This document shows positions 31,401 through 44,370 of a stretch of 64,000 bases of DNA, piece by piece (position 1 is the first letter of the stretch; each line of letters starts with the position of its first letter). Made by a program: the position numbers and the translations under genes. Origin of the DNA: Squalus acanthias (lineage: Eukaryota); NCBI GenBank assembly GCA_030390025.1, contig CM059432.1, positions 139,750,001 to 139,814,000 on the forward strand, written 5' to 3'. The notes below the pieces were generated by a model. The model was not told the origin of the DNA, searched no databases, and worked only from the letters and a program-made list of their open reading frames with translations.

Positions 31401-34400
31401 GATAGGATGTCCTCCTCCCCCTTAAGGAAAGGGCGGGTGGCGGCCGAGGGGAGTGAGAGTGGGGAAGAAGATGACTCCCTTCCACGTTTCCCCACTTCAC
31501 GGCAGCCAAAGTGTGGTACAAACACCGACCTGGAAAACACTACCTTGCCCGTTTGGACAAAGAATGGATTATAGTGTGACAGGCTCAACAGCAAATGAAA
31601 ATCACTTAAAAACTGGTGATGGAATGAAAAAAAAAAGTATATTTGATGTTCATCAGCTGAAATACTTATAACTTTGGTTTAAGATCAAAGAATGGAGTAC
31701 AGAGGGAAAACAAATCTCCCTACCCTCTCTCACCATCAAAATTAGAAAGTTCAAAATTAGGAAGTTGATAAATTGCGGTTAATTGCTCAAAAGTACATTT
31801 CAGTTGCTGTGTAGAACGGAGATGGCAGAAGTGGTTCAAATGATTTGACATCAGCGGACTGGCAACATTATTTCATTCACATTTGAAACGGTAATTACAA
31901 GGGTAACCTGCAAAAATGATTGGGATGTGCACAAAGTTTCGATAAACTCGATGCTTTCAATACAAATACAATAAAGCATTAAGTTAACCAAAACGCTTCT
32001 ACCAGAAAGTATAAAATTGACACATAGAGTAATAAATCCACTGCTACGCTGTCGATTCACTGCCCGTTTCTCACTACACTAAAAGAAAAAATACACAATT
32101 ATCAGTAAAGGAAGTATTCTGCAATTCAATTTCAAGGCAAAGAATGTTGCACATCTTTTAAGTAGATGTGAAAAATCCATTACCTTTAACCATTAATACA
32201 TTATCAACAAACGGATTTACAATATGTTGGAAGGAAACAGAACGGGATTGACATTTTTTTAAATTGTAATTTACTTTTAGTTCAGAATTATCTGTAAATT
32301 ATTGAGGATAATGAAGATGACAGAAAAAAGCAATGTGCAGAAATAGAAATTATAAGCATGCACAAACAATTTTGCTTAGAGATGATGAATGAAACAAATT
32401 TAACAGCCAATTTATTTTCTCTTCACAAACTGGTACATTGAGTAGGACATGTTAAAAAAAAATGTTTATTTCCAGTAACAATATTTAAGAAAGCTAGGCA
32501 ACCAATTATGACATTAAGTCTCAAAATTAATTATTTTAATATGAACGCAAAGGATATTGGGTATCAAATTGGGCAAGGAGACTTGTGCAGAATATCAGTG
32601 GGCAGCAATAGCATGAGGAATTTGTACATTTGTACAACATTGTGCACAAGCTACTGCAGTGTTAGATGTGTAAATCAGAAAAGCGATATGGCACGACTAA
32701 AGCAAAGGAATTGAGATGAATATAAAAGCATACACAGTGAGAAACAGTAGAATTTACAGCTTACTCACAATGAATTGAGCCACTTATTTTCTACCAAGAT
32801 CTTACTCAAGTGAGAAATTTCATGTCCCGTAGATCTTCCCTGTATATTGTTTATTGAAAACTAGCAATAATTTAGAAACAAACTAATTTCTCTTATTTTG
32901 AAGTATACAAACTGTGGTTACACTTCGTTATAATGTCACGAAGGACTAGTTATCCTATTTTTTTTTTGGCTAACTTTTTGTGTGAATTAAGATGAGGGAT
33001 GCCGGTGCTGGGAATTACAACACTTTGCTCCCCCCACTGTGGACATGCAGCGCCGGCAGAAAGTACTCAAGATCAGGAATAGCACAGCCAGCAACAGAGT
33101 AAAGCACCTATTACTACGCCCCAACAATGTGCCTGAAGTATAACATCATTCATTTAAATATAGTGCCACCTGAAAAGCTTTCTTGCAAGGTTTGGTGTGA
33201 ACCAACCAACTTTAGATAGGCAGTTAAGAAGCCTGTATAGTGATGAGTGGTACCAATGTATGGCCCTGAAGATACAACATATGTTCTGAAAGTTTAACCA
33301 CTGCTGTGCAACACTACGGAGAGAAAACACACCTATATTCTATGCACCAACTCGCCAAGGCTTCTTCGACAGCACCTCCCAAACCCACGACCTCTACCAC
33401 CTAGAAGGACAAGGGCAGCAGGCGTACGGGCGCACCACCACCTCCAAGTTCCCCTCCAAGTCACACACCATCCTGACTTGGAAATATATCAGCCGTTCCT
33501 TTATCGTCGCTGGGTCAAAATCCTGGAAAATCCCGACCTAACAGCACTGTGTGGGAGTACCTTCACCACACGGGCTGCAGCGGTTCAAGAAGGCGGCTCA
33601 CCACCACCTTCTCGAGGGCAGTTAGGGATGGGCAATAAATGCTGGCCTTGCCAGCGACGCCTACATCCCTTGAACGAATAAAAAAAAATCAGTGCCCTCA
33701 TCAAGAATCATTTTGTTTGTGCTTACTTCAAAATAAGTCATTTGAATGCCAGTTTGTGCTGAATTGTGAGTGGTTTTGTGCTATGAACACAAAACTACAA
33801 GGAGCTGGGTTGAGACTGCTCAAAGAGTTTCACATAGGGATGTGCTAAGCCACTACTCCATCCAGTCCTGAGCTAGTGGTTAAACTACTGCAGCGTGACT
33901 AGCAGAAGTGTGTGCAAGCGTTTATTTCATCAGTTAATGCTGAATTTAGTCAACAGAAGTAAAATCAAAGGATTACAAAGTAAGATTTGTATTTCAGGAA
34001 ATTAACAAAACAGCATATTATTTTCTTACCTTCTATCATTGGAGTTAATCAAGTTACATTATTTCTGTCCCTCCACCTACCGACTTCACCCTATACTTAA
34101 TTCGTAAATCATTTTTCTGGTTAGAAATTGCCTTGTTAAATGCAATTATTTGATACAAGTCCAAACTTGTTCTTGTTCACAATTAAACTTGAGTGGTTAT
34201 ATCGGGGAGACAATCTAGATACAGTTTCAGATTTCTTTCCTTTTTTTTGCACAAATATAATGCAGTAAGTCAGTACAGTAGTTAATTACTTGACATCTTT
34301 TGCATAAATTCCCTTTTCTAACAAAACGATGTTTTAAAATAACAGCGTTTCACCACAGCAGAGTGTCTTGAAAGGTTCACGTACTGTAATTCTAGAAAAC

Positions 34401-34977
34401 AAAATTGCAATGATAATTTCTAAGGCTCCTGAAGACAGTAAAGAGATGATTATTAAACTGGTCAGTGGCTGGTTTGGTTTTGCAACCTTTTACTATTGTG
34501 ATGGTGCAGTGCGTTAAACGTTAGAAAAAGTGGATTTTGCACCATTTAAATATAGCCTACTTGGAGAAATAAAAGGGACGTTCACTTCGAAAAATCACAA
34601 TGTAATGGGGCACAAATGTATGCAAAATAGTTAATGAGCAGCATTAAAAATTCCATTTGGTACTACACAATACTACGACATACACGAAACTAATAAGGTG
34701 ACACCTTCATTTACTCAGTCAAGTCAGCGTTGTTAGCATAGCACATGCAGATTAGAAAATAATGAACAAAGTACAGTGTGCATGTGCGTAATAAATATTG
34801 ACCCAGCAAATTCATTGACAGATCATATTAAATACAATTACAATTTGGGATCACTAGCACCGGTTGTTATTAAGCCACAATGAAAGTGTAAGCATGTGCC
34901 CAGCTCTTCGACTCAATGCCATGGATCAGGATATCTTGATTTCACATGACACATGACTGCAACATAATAAATTTAAA

Positions 34978-35191
34978 ATAAAAACAGAAAATACTGGAAA
35001 TACTCAGCAGGTCAGGCAGCATCTGTGGAGAGAGAAACAGAGTTCACGTTTCAGGTCGATGACCCTTCGTCACTGACCTGAAACGTTAACTCTGTTTCTC
35101 TCTCCACAGATGCTGCCTGACCTGCTGAGTATTTCCAGCATTTTCTGTTTTTATTTCAGATTTCCAGCATCCGCAGTATTTTGCTTTTGTA
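34978..35191. mobile_element. Inverted pair of Penelope pseudo-LTR fragments (fold-back)
   Basis: About 80-bp inverted arms; 14-bp TSD ATAATAAATTTAAA at 34964-34977 and 35192-35205. Confidence 0.88.
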
Positions 35192-35416
35192 ATAATAAAT
35201 TTAAAGCTGCATTATCCCTTTTCCAATGATCTGCATTTTTTGCCCTCGTCAGCCCAATTTTGAATATAACGAACCACGATTTGTTTGTGTTTCTGTATTT
35301 GCAATTTTAACACCGTCCCCTCAACAAAACAACAAAAAAAATCCAGCCTCTTTCAGCTGAAGCAGATGCTTTCTGCAGGGTAAGCATAGATGTCAATTGT
35401 GATGATTTTCCCCTCT

Positions 35417-35686
35417 GGCCCCGATTTTAACTCCAGATGGATTCCCCGCTCAGGCCTGAGTTAAAATTACAGTCGGGTCTCAATGACGTCATCGGGCCAC
35501 AACATGCACATGTAAAGAAGGACCCTGTGTTGGCTCCGGGCGCGTGTCCTTGCTGCCTGCTCAGGAGAACAGGTTAAAATTCCCGATGTTGCGATCATGG
35601 CAGCTTTTGGACAGGTAAGAGCCAGGGCGATTTTAACTGCTTGCCCGCCAGGTTTCTGCTTAGCGAGTAGGGTTAAAATCACCCCC
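35417..35686. mobile_element. 270-bp MITE; second copy at 8367-8635
   Basis: The two copies align along their full length; TIR-like GG....GATTTTAAC ends; 3-bp flanks TCT/TAT. Confidence 0.75.
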
Positions 35687-38440
35687 TATGTCACTATGGC
35701 TTGGCTGAGAATGGGTAAAACCCAGAGAGTAATGGGATTGGAATTTGAAATCATGGTTGAGATGTGAATTTTGAGCCTGTAGAGTCCAATGCTCTACCAT
35801 TACAGCTATCCAGTCACCTCAGCCCATCTGTGGAATTCGACTCAGAAACAGGGCTATAATCTGAACTGCAGTCTATATTAGCTAATAAAAAGCTTTTTAA
35901 AATAATTACAAAAATTCAAACTGGGGACAACACTTTATTTTTTGAATATGTAATCTTGCAAAAGATAGGAGGAAACAACTTTAATTATGTTATACTGACA
36001 TGAATAAGTCAATATTGCACACCTCTAGCTGATTGAAGACTGGCTAGAGCAGTTTGCGTTACAATATAAATGTAGCCTCTTACAATATCAAGCTGCTAAC
36101 AATAATGTGCTTGTTAAATATGTTTTCCTGCCATTTTGTACATCAAAGACCTAAAGATGTTACTGGATTCAAACATGATTTTCGTCATTCAGTATCTGCG
36201 CCCTCCTTGGTCAGGAGTTCAGATTTTTTTTTGTAAAGTAGTGAATGTAAAAGATGTCAAAACAAGAGAGCCTGGTAGTGGTTACTAAATCTAAAAACAA
36301 TGGGGACTCTAAGGGCACACCCTGATCTGCAAAGTTAACTCTCACCAATTATAAATGTAATAAAATCCCTAAATTGTACAAATCTGTTCAAAAACAGAAA
36401 AAATTATTTACAAAGACCCTTTCGATTGCAGTAGTAAAACTTTGGCACTATGGATATCATTGAATCTCTCGCTCTCTGAAAGATGCTTGTACAGGAAGTC
36501 AGTCTTTCATTCTGCCTCCATGTTTGCTGTTTCACACAATACAGAGTCAGAGCCGAAGTCTCGATTACTTTCTTTGCGTCACAGAGAATAGAAATGGTAG
36601 TTTTCTTTAGACAGATGTTGCAATGTGCGTCAGTATTTTCCTCATTTGGTTTCCTACGAAGGGGAAACAAAGAAATGTTACATGCTTTAAAAAAAAGACA
36701 AATTGTTAACAACAAACTTTTTCAAGCTATGTGCAAATCACTTATGCCATAGATTGTTGCAAGGAGTTTTCATCCCCGATTTTCCACAAATGGAGTTCCC
36801 CGATCTCATCTCAGGCACGTAGGTTTGGAGCCAAGCAGAGAAGAGGCATTTTGTCGGTGAGGAAGCCAATCAGAAGTCAAGTTTATTTTTGTCCTCGTCT
36901 TAGTCTTTGGCTCAATGGCAGTATTGAGAGATTCGTGGGGAAATGGACAAAGTCAAGTTGGGAAATGGTGTGTGTAGGAATTAAAAAGATGAGTAAAAAT
37001 AAATATTTTTGGGGGGGGGGGGAGGTGAAAGGAGATGAGAGAAACAGGTAAGGGATGATCTGTTTGCTTCCCAACTACAATAAAAATCAATCTTCAACAA
37101 CAATTTGCATTTGTATAGTTCCTTTAACATAGAAACATGTCCCAAGGTGCTTTACAGAATCAGAAAAAAAACCTCAATCTATAAACTATTTTGTCTTCCA
37201 AATACTAAAGGAAGGTTCAATGCCAATGGGAAAAAGTGATGGGGGCAAGGTGTTAAGGGGAGCACCATCACCAGAAGGACTGCACTACCAGCTCAGGCAA
37301 CTAGGGATGGACAATCTTTGCATTGCCCACATACCAAGAACAAAAGAATACAGCAGGGGTCAATGAAACAGGCAATAAGTGTAGGCAATTGGTATGTGTA
37401 GGACAGTACGATTTGTTTTCCCTTCTGTTTGCCACTTTGCCCCATTTTTTCCCTCCTTCTTTTGAAGATGCTTACTTCTACAGGAGGTACGGTTCCATAG
37501 GTAACAGTAACCTTCAAGTGCCTCGCACCAATGGCCATTCTGAACCTGTACAGCGAGTGCCAGGAGGCTGTTGGACCACATGGGATAGGGGCATCACAAC
37601 AAAGCATAATCCTGTCCTCACCAGGCGCCCTTACACACGCACTTTCCAGCTAAGGCCACCTGTAGGCATTCATGAACAAGAACTGTAGCTAATTCCCCAT
37701 GTCCCTACCACCAACCCCAGAAGCACGGAGCTCATAGGTGCATTTAAGGGGAAGCTAGATAAGTACATGAGGGAGAAAAGAACAGAAAGATAGGGTTCGA
37801 TGAAGAGGGGTGGGAGGAGGCTCGTGTGGAGCATAAACACCAGCATGGACCAGATGGGCCGAATGGCCTGTTTCTGTGCTGTACATTCTATGTAATTGTT
37901 ACCCCGAGAACAGAATAATTCCAAGAATCATCACTCTTCAAAGGAAACATTCTTTTGTTCAACAGGAGTTCACCTTTCCACTATTAATATCTACCCAATT
38001 TTTTTTTTTTTTTACAGAAAATGGTAAACTGCTTTTAGATTGTATGTTTTTTGGAATATTAACGAGACATTAATATTAAAAAATAAAACATTTAAAAGCT
38101 GCCATTCATTGACTTGAAAGGTACAACAAATGGGTCCAAGGTCATCACTGGGCTGTACTGTAACAAATAAGAAACACTTTTGAGGCCTTGATTTTTTTAA
38201 AGATCCCTCCTCCTTCTTCCCTCCATCCGAGAAACCACTACTGCAACGCAACTTATACTGGCGAGGAAAGTGTCTGAGAGAAGTTGCAGCTGGAGTTATT
38301 TTCTGCTCTTGGTTCCTTTCCTCACCATTTCCTGAAAATTTATTGAGGAAGGGCATTTATATTTGCGGTGAGGTCCTACCCAAGGAAGGAATGTGGAAAG
38401 CCAAGGAGTACACGTGAAGGAGGGGAGAAACTACCTGTAC

Positions 38441-38855
38441 AAAATATCGCGCCTTTGAAGACCGCAGGATGCCCCAAAGCGCTTTACAGCCAATGAAATA
38501 CTTTTGAAGTGTAGTCACTGTTGTAATGTGGGAAACGCGGCAGCAATGTGATAATGACCAAATAATCTGTTTTTTTGAGTGATGTTGACTGAAGGATAAA
38601 TATTGGCCAGAACTCTCCTGCTCTCCTTTGAAATAGCGCCGTGGGATCTTTTACGTCCACCTGAGAGAGCAGACGGGGCCTCGGTTTAACGGCTCATCCA
38701 AAAGACGGCACACCTCCGACTGTGCAGCACTCCCTCAGCACTGCATTGGGAGTGTCAACCTAGATTTTTGTGTTCAAGTCTCTGGAGTGGGACTATGAAC
38801 CCACAACTTTCTGGCTCAGAGGCGAGGGTGCTACCCACTGAGCCACGGCTGACAC
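38441..38855 (-). mobile_element. Full-length tRNA-derived SINE with Deu-like core and L2-type tail
   Basis: A box TGGCTCAGTGG (38835-38845), B-box-like GGTTCATAGTCC (about 38790-38801), core GATGAG.CGTTAAACCGAGGCCCCGTCTGC..GGACGTAAAAGATCCC resembling DeuSINEs (recalled). Confidence 0.8.
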
Positions 38856-38995
38856 TTGGCACGCGACATAAAATGAACAGTCATTCTCAAATTACCCAAA
38901 TTGAATGCCAATGATGCGAACACTGTTGCAAAATGTACTGTACATGAGTACATACAAATAAAGTGGCGTATCGCAAGCTAAAAGACGGAAAATGT

Positions 38996-39400
38996 ATTGA
39001 GTAGACTAGGCCTATATTCCCTAGAGTTTAGAAGAATGAGAGGTGATCTCATTGAAACATACAAAATTCTTACAAGGCTTGACAGGGTAGATGCTGGGAG
39101 GATGTTTCCCCTGGCTGGGGAGTCTAGAACCAGGGGTCACAGTCTCAGAATAAGGTGTCGGCCATTTAAGACCGAGATGAGGAGGAATTTCTTCACTCAA
39201 AGGGTTGTGAATCTTAATTCTAAGGGCTGTGGATGCTTAGTCATTGAGTATATTAATGGCTGAGATCGATAGATTTTTGGATACTACGGAAATTCAGGGA
39301 TATGGAGATAAGGCGGGAAAGTGGAGTTGAGGTAGAAGATCAGCTTATTGAATGGTGGAGCAGGCTCGAAGGGCTGAATGGCCTACTCCTGCTCCTATTA
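38996..39400 (+). mobile_element. CR1 3' fragment
   Basis: RLGLYSLEFRRMRGDLIE plus 3'UTR. Confidence 0.9.
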
Positions 39401-40309
39401 TAAGAACCTAAATAGTTCTTAAAGGCATACAGTACTGTTGTGGAGTCTTGGGAAGACATCACCCAGATCAGAAGTCACTGGCACAAAATATGGCAAAGCA
39501 CTTGTCAATTTGAAGCAATATTGACCCAGTCAGCACAGAATAAGAGAAAACTCAAATAGTGAAGAGCAATCTGCTTGCAGAGCAATCTCTGTGCATGGAG
39601 TGCGGCACTGACGGTGACACATGGAGAGTGGTCATGCAAGCCAACTCCACGTTCGTGGCAGAAACAAGCTCATCACTCAAAAGAAAACGCTTGCCGATGC
39701 TTAAGGAATCACAATGATTCTGCGATAACAGAAAAATAACTGAGTTTTTGTTCTTAAAAAGAGCATCATTATAGGCTGGAGGACCCATAGCCAGTTCTCC
39801 AACAAGGCCACTCATTCAACAGAAGCACTTAATTTTCTGTCTTTTTCTTATGTGGCTCGGTGTCAAGTCTTTGTCTGATAACGTTCCCGTGAAGCACCTT
39901 GGGAACGTACGTTAAAGGTGCTATGTAAATGCAAATTGCTGTTGTTGTGTTTAGCTATGACAGAAATTATTAGCACAATCCATGAGTGTGATTACACTTC
40001 TTTAAAAAAAAATGAAGTGATTTTTTTTTGTGCTGAAGAAAGGGATGACATGCATTGGAGAAAGGAACGTGTTCCGTTCAGCATCAATACCTGACTCACA
40101 AAATGCATCTTACTGAGGCATATTTCAGCCTGCAAAGTGAGGAGTTTTTCATTCTATCAGTTTGGGATGGAGTCAAATCTAATCCACTTCTTTCCTTTAG
40201 CTGTTATCTAAACAACATGTTTGCTGTTTCCTTCGGGAACTCATTATAAGGAATATTCTTCAAATTTTAATGATAGTGGGGATATATAACTAACTAAAAA
40301 AAATTGCAA

Positions 40310-40615
40310 TTCCACTGGCAGAAGGGTCGGTAACCAGAGGGCACAGATTTAAGGTGATTGGCAAAAGAATCAGAGGTGACCTAAGGAAACATTGTTTTTA
40401 CGCAGCGAGTTGTTGTGATCTGGAAGGCGCTGCCTGAAAGGGCGGTGGAAGCAGATTCAACAGTAACTTTCGAAAGGGAATTGGATAAATACTTCAAGGG
40501 GAAAAATACAGGGCTATGGGGAAAGAGCAGGAGACTGGGACTAATTGGAGAGCTCTACCAAAGAGCCGGCACAGGCACGATGGGCCGAATGACTTCCTTC
40601 TGTGCTGTTTGATTC
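40310..40615 (+). mobile_element. CR1 3' fragment of another subfamily; related pieces at about 54830-55150 (-), 62995-63255 (+), 47260-47590 (+), 44678-44960 (+), 37735-37895 (+), 59090-59560, 61770-61900 (-)
   Basis: QRVVVIWKALPERAVEA-like frame and GGGCCGAATG..TTCTGTGCTG 3' end. Confidence 0.8.
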
Positions 40616-41028
40616 TAAGGCGTTTTGGATTTTGGCAATAAATGCCACTGCAGGTCCAAAGAGTTAAAAAAAACAACTAAAGACACACAAGATATTGATT
40701 TCAATAGTTCTCTATGGAGGTCTGTTATCTACAATGCTGGAGTATCAAACCCTTGATTACAGGATGCCCCTCTACCAAAAAACTCCATTTTCAGTCTTAA
40801 CTGATATTCACACACTGGCCTCTCTCTGCCAAATCGAGGGGAAATGCCGAGAAAACTGGGCTGGACCCTTTCCTACGCCGCCAAAATGGGTAAGCACGAT
40901 CAACCAGTGTCATTCATGACGTCAGAGTACACGTATAGTATCAACCCATCCCACTCTCCTGTCCAAGCAACCAAATACATTTATGTGGTGGCGGACGGGA
41001 AATGAAATAATGAAGTCCTTTACCTTAG

Positions 41029-43677
41029 CTATATGTTGGAATTTTCAGCAGACATGCTTTCAGAATCCAGTTCATTAAACTCAGTTGAGCCACATTGTGA
41101 TGTGTGTGCCCAGTTGCCTGTGAATTCAGAGACGACATATTCATCTCTCTCACTGATGTCCTCTACCTCACCCCACTCTTCATCCTCATCCTCGTCGCTG
41201 TATTGGTCATCTCTGCTATTGCTCTCCGACGTGTCCATGGCATCTTCTGTTTGCTTTTCTGCAAACCAGTCCCTGACCTGTTCATAGCTCATGCTGGACT
41301 TCGAAACCAACTCGTCAAGGTCTTCTTCCCTTAGCTGCCTGTGCCGCAAGTAATACTGTAACAGGACGGTTTTACCAGCACGGCTGTGAGTGGAATGCGC
41401 TATTCCACTCCAAACGCCAGCTGTTTTATGTCCTCTGCTACTTCCTCTTCGTTCATTTCCTCCACTGCCATTGAGGTTATTCTGGCCGTTATGACCTTCC
41501 GTATTTGCTCTTTGGTACTGGTCAAGCCATTTTAAGTTGCCATTTTTAATTGCATATCTGTTGTCGCCAAACCAACGTACTATGTCGTTTCTTGGCAGCC
41601 CGCTTTGCACCGCTAAACTGTCATACTGCTCTACTGATGGCCACTGCGTGCGTGCAAATGCACTCTTCAGGATGTGCAGCTGTTCCTGGCTTTTCTTATG
41701 AGTCTTGTCAATTGGACTGGTTGTTTTAATATGCTGTATTCCTGTGTTTGGTGGAGGGGTTCCGGGCTTGGATGGATAATTTGGACCTGAATGGGAGGTT
41801 TTCATGTGGATATTGTCAGCTATTTCTTGTCCTTCCGATTTTATATTTTCTTGTTTCAAATCCTGATTGAGGTGCAGTTTGCTTGCTTCTAGAATCCCTC
41901 CTTCTAGCGAGTCTCTCAGCTTTCTCCGTTCAGAGAACCAGGCATCAATCTCCCTCCTGGTCAGCTTGGACTCTGTCCTTAGTCTTTCCTTTTCCTCATC
42001 TGTTGGAAAGGAGCTATATTGGAAACTCTCCTCCAGCACCTTCAGCTGTTCCGTACTTTTCTCTTTGAATTTCTGTGGTGCAAAATCAGAGAAAGTATTC
42101 CATCCAGATTTCCGATTGGGGTGGCCCGCTAAAGGAGGCTCGTGGGGGGTCATGGTTTCAGTAGAAGCATGGCTGGAATGGCCCTTTTGTGTCCGGTAAC
42201 GGTTATCGCTGAACCACTTCTTAATTTCTGCCCTGGTGAGTTTAGTGACCTGCATCAGCCGGAACACTTCTTCATCATCGGGGAACTGGCTGACGGCAAA
42301 GCTGGCTTTCAGTTCCGCCATTTGCTCCTTAGTCTTCTTGCGGCTCGTATTTACATCCGCGCCCCCCGGAGAGAACATCGGCGAGTTCCCCTGCGAGCTG
42401 AGCTGGCAAACCTGGACAACGTTTGCGCGTTTTGAATCCGCAGTTACTTGTGAGGGCGCCAAGCTCCGTTTCTGAGACTGGGCTTGACTTGCACTGCCAG
42501 CTACAGTCAAGGTGATGGGGGAACAAGACACCGCTGATCCGTTCGCAACTTGTGTCAATACAATACCTGTCTGACCAACTAGCTGGCATGGCACTCCTGT
42601 CTGGATAACCTGCTGTGTGGTGCCTTTGGTAGACGACGGCAGCTGTGCTGGCACAACAGTGATTGTTGGCGTCTGAATGGTGCCGTTAAACATCATTTTT
42701 CTGGCCTCTTCCACTTCCTCAGGAGCCCAACTGATGCCGTGTTTAAGACGCTGTGTTGAGAACCACATTTTGATTTGTTCTTCTGGATGCTTTGACACAG
42801 CCGTCAACCAAGATAGTTCTGCCTGTGTAGGATAGGGGAATTTGTTAAAGGAACCTATTAGGTTTTTGTTAACATCCATAGCAGAGTTATATTTAGAGCC
42901 ATGCATGGGTATCATGACTTTGGGTATTAAATTGATGTTTGGTGGTGACTGTATAGATGGCATCACATGAGGCACTCCATCCTTAATCACAGTTTCTGGA
43001 ATAACCAAACCACCACTGGCATTGTGGAGAAGGTCACTGCTATTCACTTCCGTCTTGCTTTCATGTGTAGTACCATATTCATCTTTCACTCGCGGCAATA
43101 CATTTATTCTTTTACTGTCTGCTTTGTTTTTGATCATCTTCATGATTGGAGTTTTACTTATTGAGATTCCAGCTGGAGGAATTTCCTCTTTATCTGCATT
43201 CCCACCGTTTGTGGGATCTTCAATAGTTTGCTCAAGGATAGTCTGATTATTGCGCTTTATCAGCTTCAACTTAAAGTTGTTTTCTCCTGGATGATGTCTA
43301 CCATTATGATCGGTAAAGGTGTCATACCTTTTTGTTGTAAAGTTACAAACCGCACAGACATAAAATGGATTGAGGATAACATTTGGATGTACAGTATCAA
43401 CATGTTCTGTAAACTCATTCAAGTCTTGTGATTCAAAGGTGCAGTATTTACATTCATAGCCTCCTTCTAGCTTCCTGGTCCGTTGATTGTCTAAGGCAGC
43501 TTTCTCTAAAACCTGATCCCCATCACTTATTCCATTATCTGCTGGCCAGCTCTCATCGGACAACTGATGCGGAGATCCATCGCCCAAATTCCCATCCATC
43601 TCCAAATCTGGGTCCTGCTCCACGACATCTGTGGCACGAACCATGCAAGGAGTTGTTGACTTCCGTTTACTAGCCAT
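41029..43677 (-). CDS. zhx2: Zinc fingers and homeoboxes protein 2 (ZHX2-like), 882 aa, entire CDS in one exon
   Basis: N-terminus MASKRKSTTPCMVR; two C2H2 fingers (GGYECKYC..HVDTVH; YVCAVC..HNGRHH); five homeodomain-like repeats (WFSTQRLK, WFSDNRY, WFSERRK, WFGDNRY, WFAEK). Exon bounded by acceptor TTGCAG|G (exon start 43856) and donor AAG|GTAAAG (exon end 41024). Confidence 0.93.
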   Translation of the reverse strand: MASKRKSTTPCMVRATDVVEQDPDLEMDGNLGDGSPHQLSDESWPADNGISDGDQVLEKAALDNQRTRKLEGGYECKYCTFESQDLNEFTEHVDTVHPNVILNPFYVCAVCNFTTKRYDTFTDHNGRHHPGENNFKLKLIKRNNQTILEQTIEDPTNGGNADKEEIPPAGISISKTPIMKMIKNKADSKRINVLPRVKDEYGTTHESKTEVNSSDLLHNASGGLVIPETVIKDGVPHVMPSIQSPPNINLIPKVMIPMHGSKYNSAMDVNKNLIGSFNKFPYPTQAELSWLTAVSKHPEEQIKMWFSTQRLKHGISWAPEEVEEARKMMFNGTIQTPTITVVPAQLPSSTKGTTQQVIQTGVPCQLVGQTGIVLTQVANGSAVSCSPITLTVAGSASQAQSQKRSLAPSQVTADSKRANVVQVCQLSSQGNSPMFSPGGADVNTSRKKTKEQMAELKASFAVSQFPDDEEVFRLMQVTKLTRAEIKKWFSDNRYRTQKGHSSHASTETMTPHEPPLAGHPNRKSGWNTFSDFAPQKFKEKSTEQLKVLEESFQYSSFPTDEEKERLRTESKLTRREIDAWFSERRKLRDSLEGGILEASKLHLNQDLKQENIKSEGQEIADNIHMKTSHSGPNYPSKPGTPPPNTGIQHIKTTSPIDKTHKKSQEQLHILKSAFARTQWPSVEQYDSLAVQSGLPRNDIVRWFGDNRYAIKNGNLKWLDQYQRANTEGHNGQNNLNGSGGNERRGSSRGHKTAGVWSGIAHSTHSRAGKTVLLQYYLRHRQLREEDLDELVSKSSMSYEQVRDWFAEKQTEDAMDTSESNSRDDQYSDEDEDEEWGEVEDISERDEYVVSEFTGNWAHTSQCGSTEFNELDSESMSAENSNI

Positions 43678-44370
43678 GAGTGGTTTGAATGGAGGAGCAG
43701 CAGTTGGCTAAGGGCCTTCTTGAAGCCTCAATGGACCAGTGGCCTCTTCAGGGAAGTGTGCCCAGTACTACTTCAGATTGCAGTAACTCAGATTTTACTG
43801 ATTACCATCGGCTCCAGCTAGCAGCTTTGTTGGCCCACATCACAGGAGAATTTTACCTGCAATATACAACAGTTGATTCAGAGTGTCTTTTTAAAATTAT
43901 TATTAAAAAAAAATACCTGTACAGCAGTGAAAAATAGATTAGAAAGGCCCTATTAGTATGTATTGTGACACCAGTCCCAGTGAATGAAGGATTTAGCAAA
44001 CCACTTGTTTATTAGGACCTTTTGAAGTTCCTCAGGACCATTTGAAGTTACGTAGGCGCCAGCTTTGATTGGCTTCTTTTTACTTCTGGCGAATTTGTTT
44101 CCATTAAACTAAAGGTCAGCGCTGAGGAATGGAACACTTACTGCGACATGTCTGCATTAAGCAGTCACAGAGTTAAGTGTTCTCTACTCTAACAAACTGC
44201 CCAAACCTTGATTTCAAAAGAGCAGCCCAACTCCACCAGTGTGATATTCGAATTTATCAGAGAAGTTATATTTGTTAGCTTGAGAAAAATCGGCTAATTT
44301 TATGTTAAATTATGAATAATTTGTATGCTTTGGATTCATATGCACTATATTGATTGAAACTGCCCAAGTT

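Larger units (their letters stand above)
27750..36653 (-). other. zhx2: Predicted terminal 3'UTR exon of zhx2 (5' boundary good, 3' boundary uncertain)
   Basis: Acceptor TTTCTTTGTTTCCCCCTTCGTAG|GAAAC at 36654/36653, followed by a long AT-rich, TE-poor stretch with several minus-strand AATAAA (near 35935, 32465, 29515). Confidence 0.4.

Noticed and set aside
38780..38855. tRNA gene (also 5570-5650 and 50960-51017)
   Set aside because: A/B boxes run directly into SINE bodies; I could not build a full cloverleaf.
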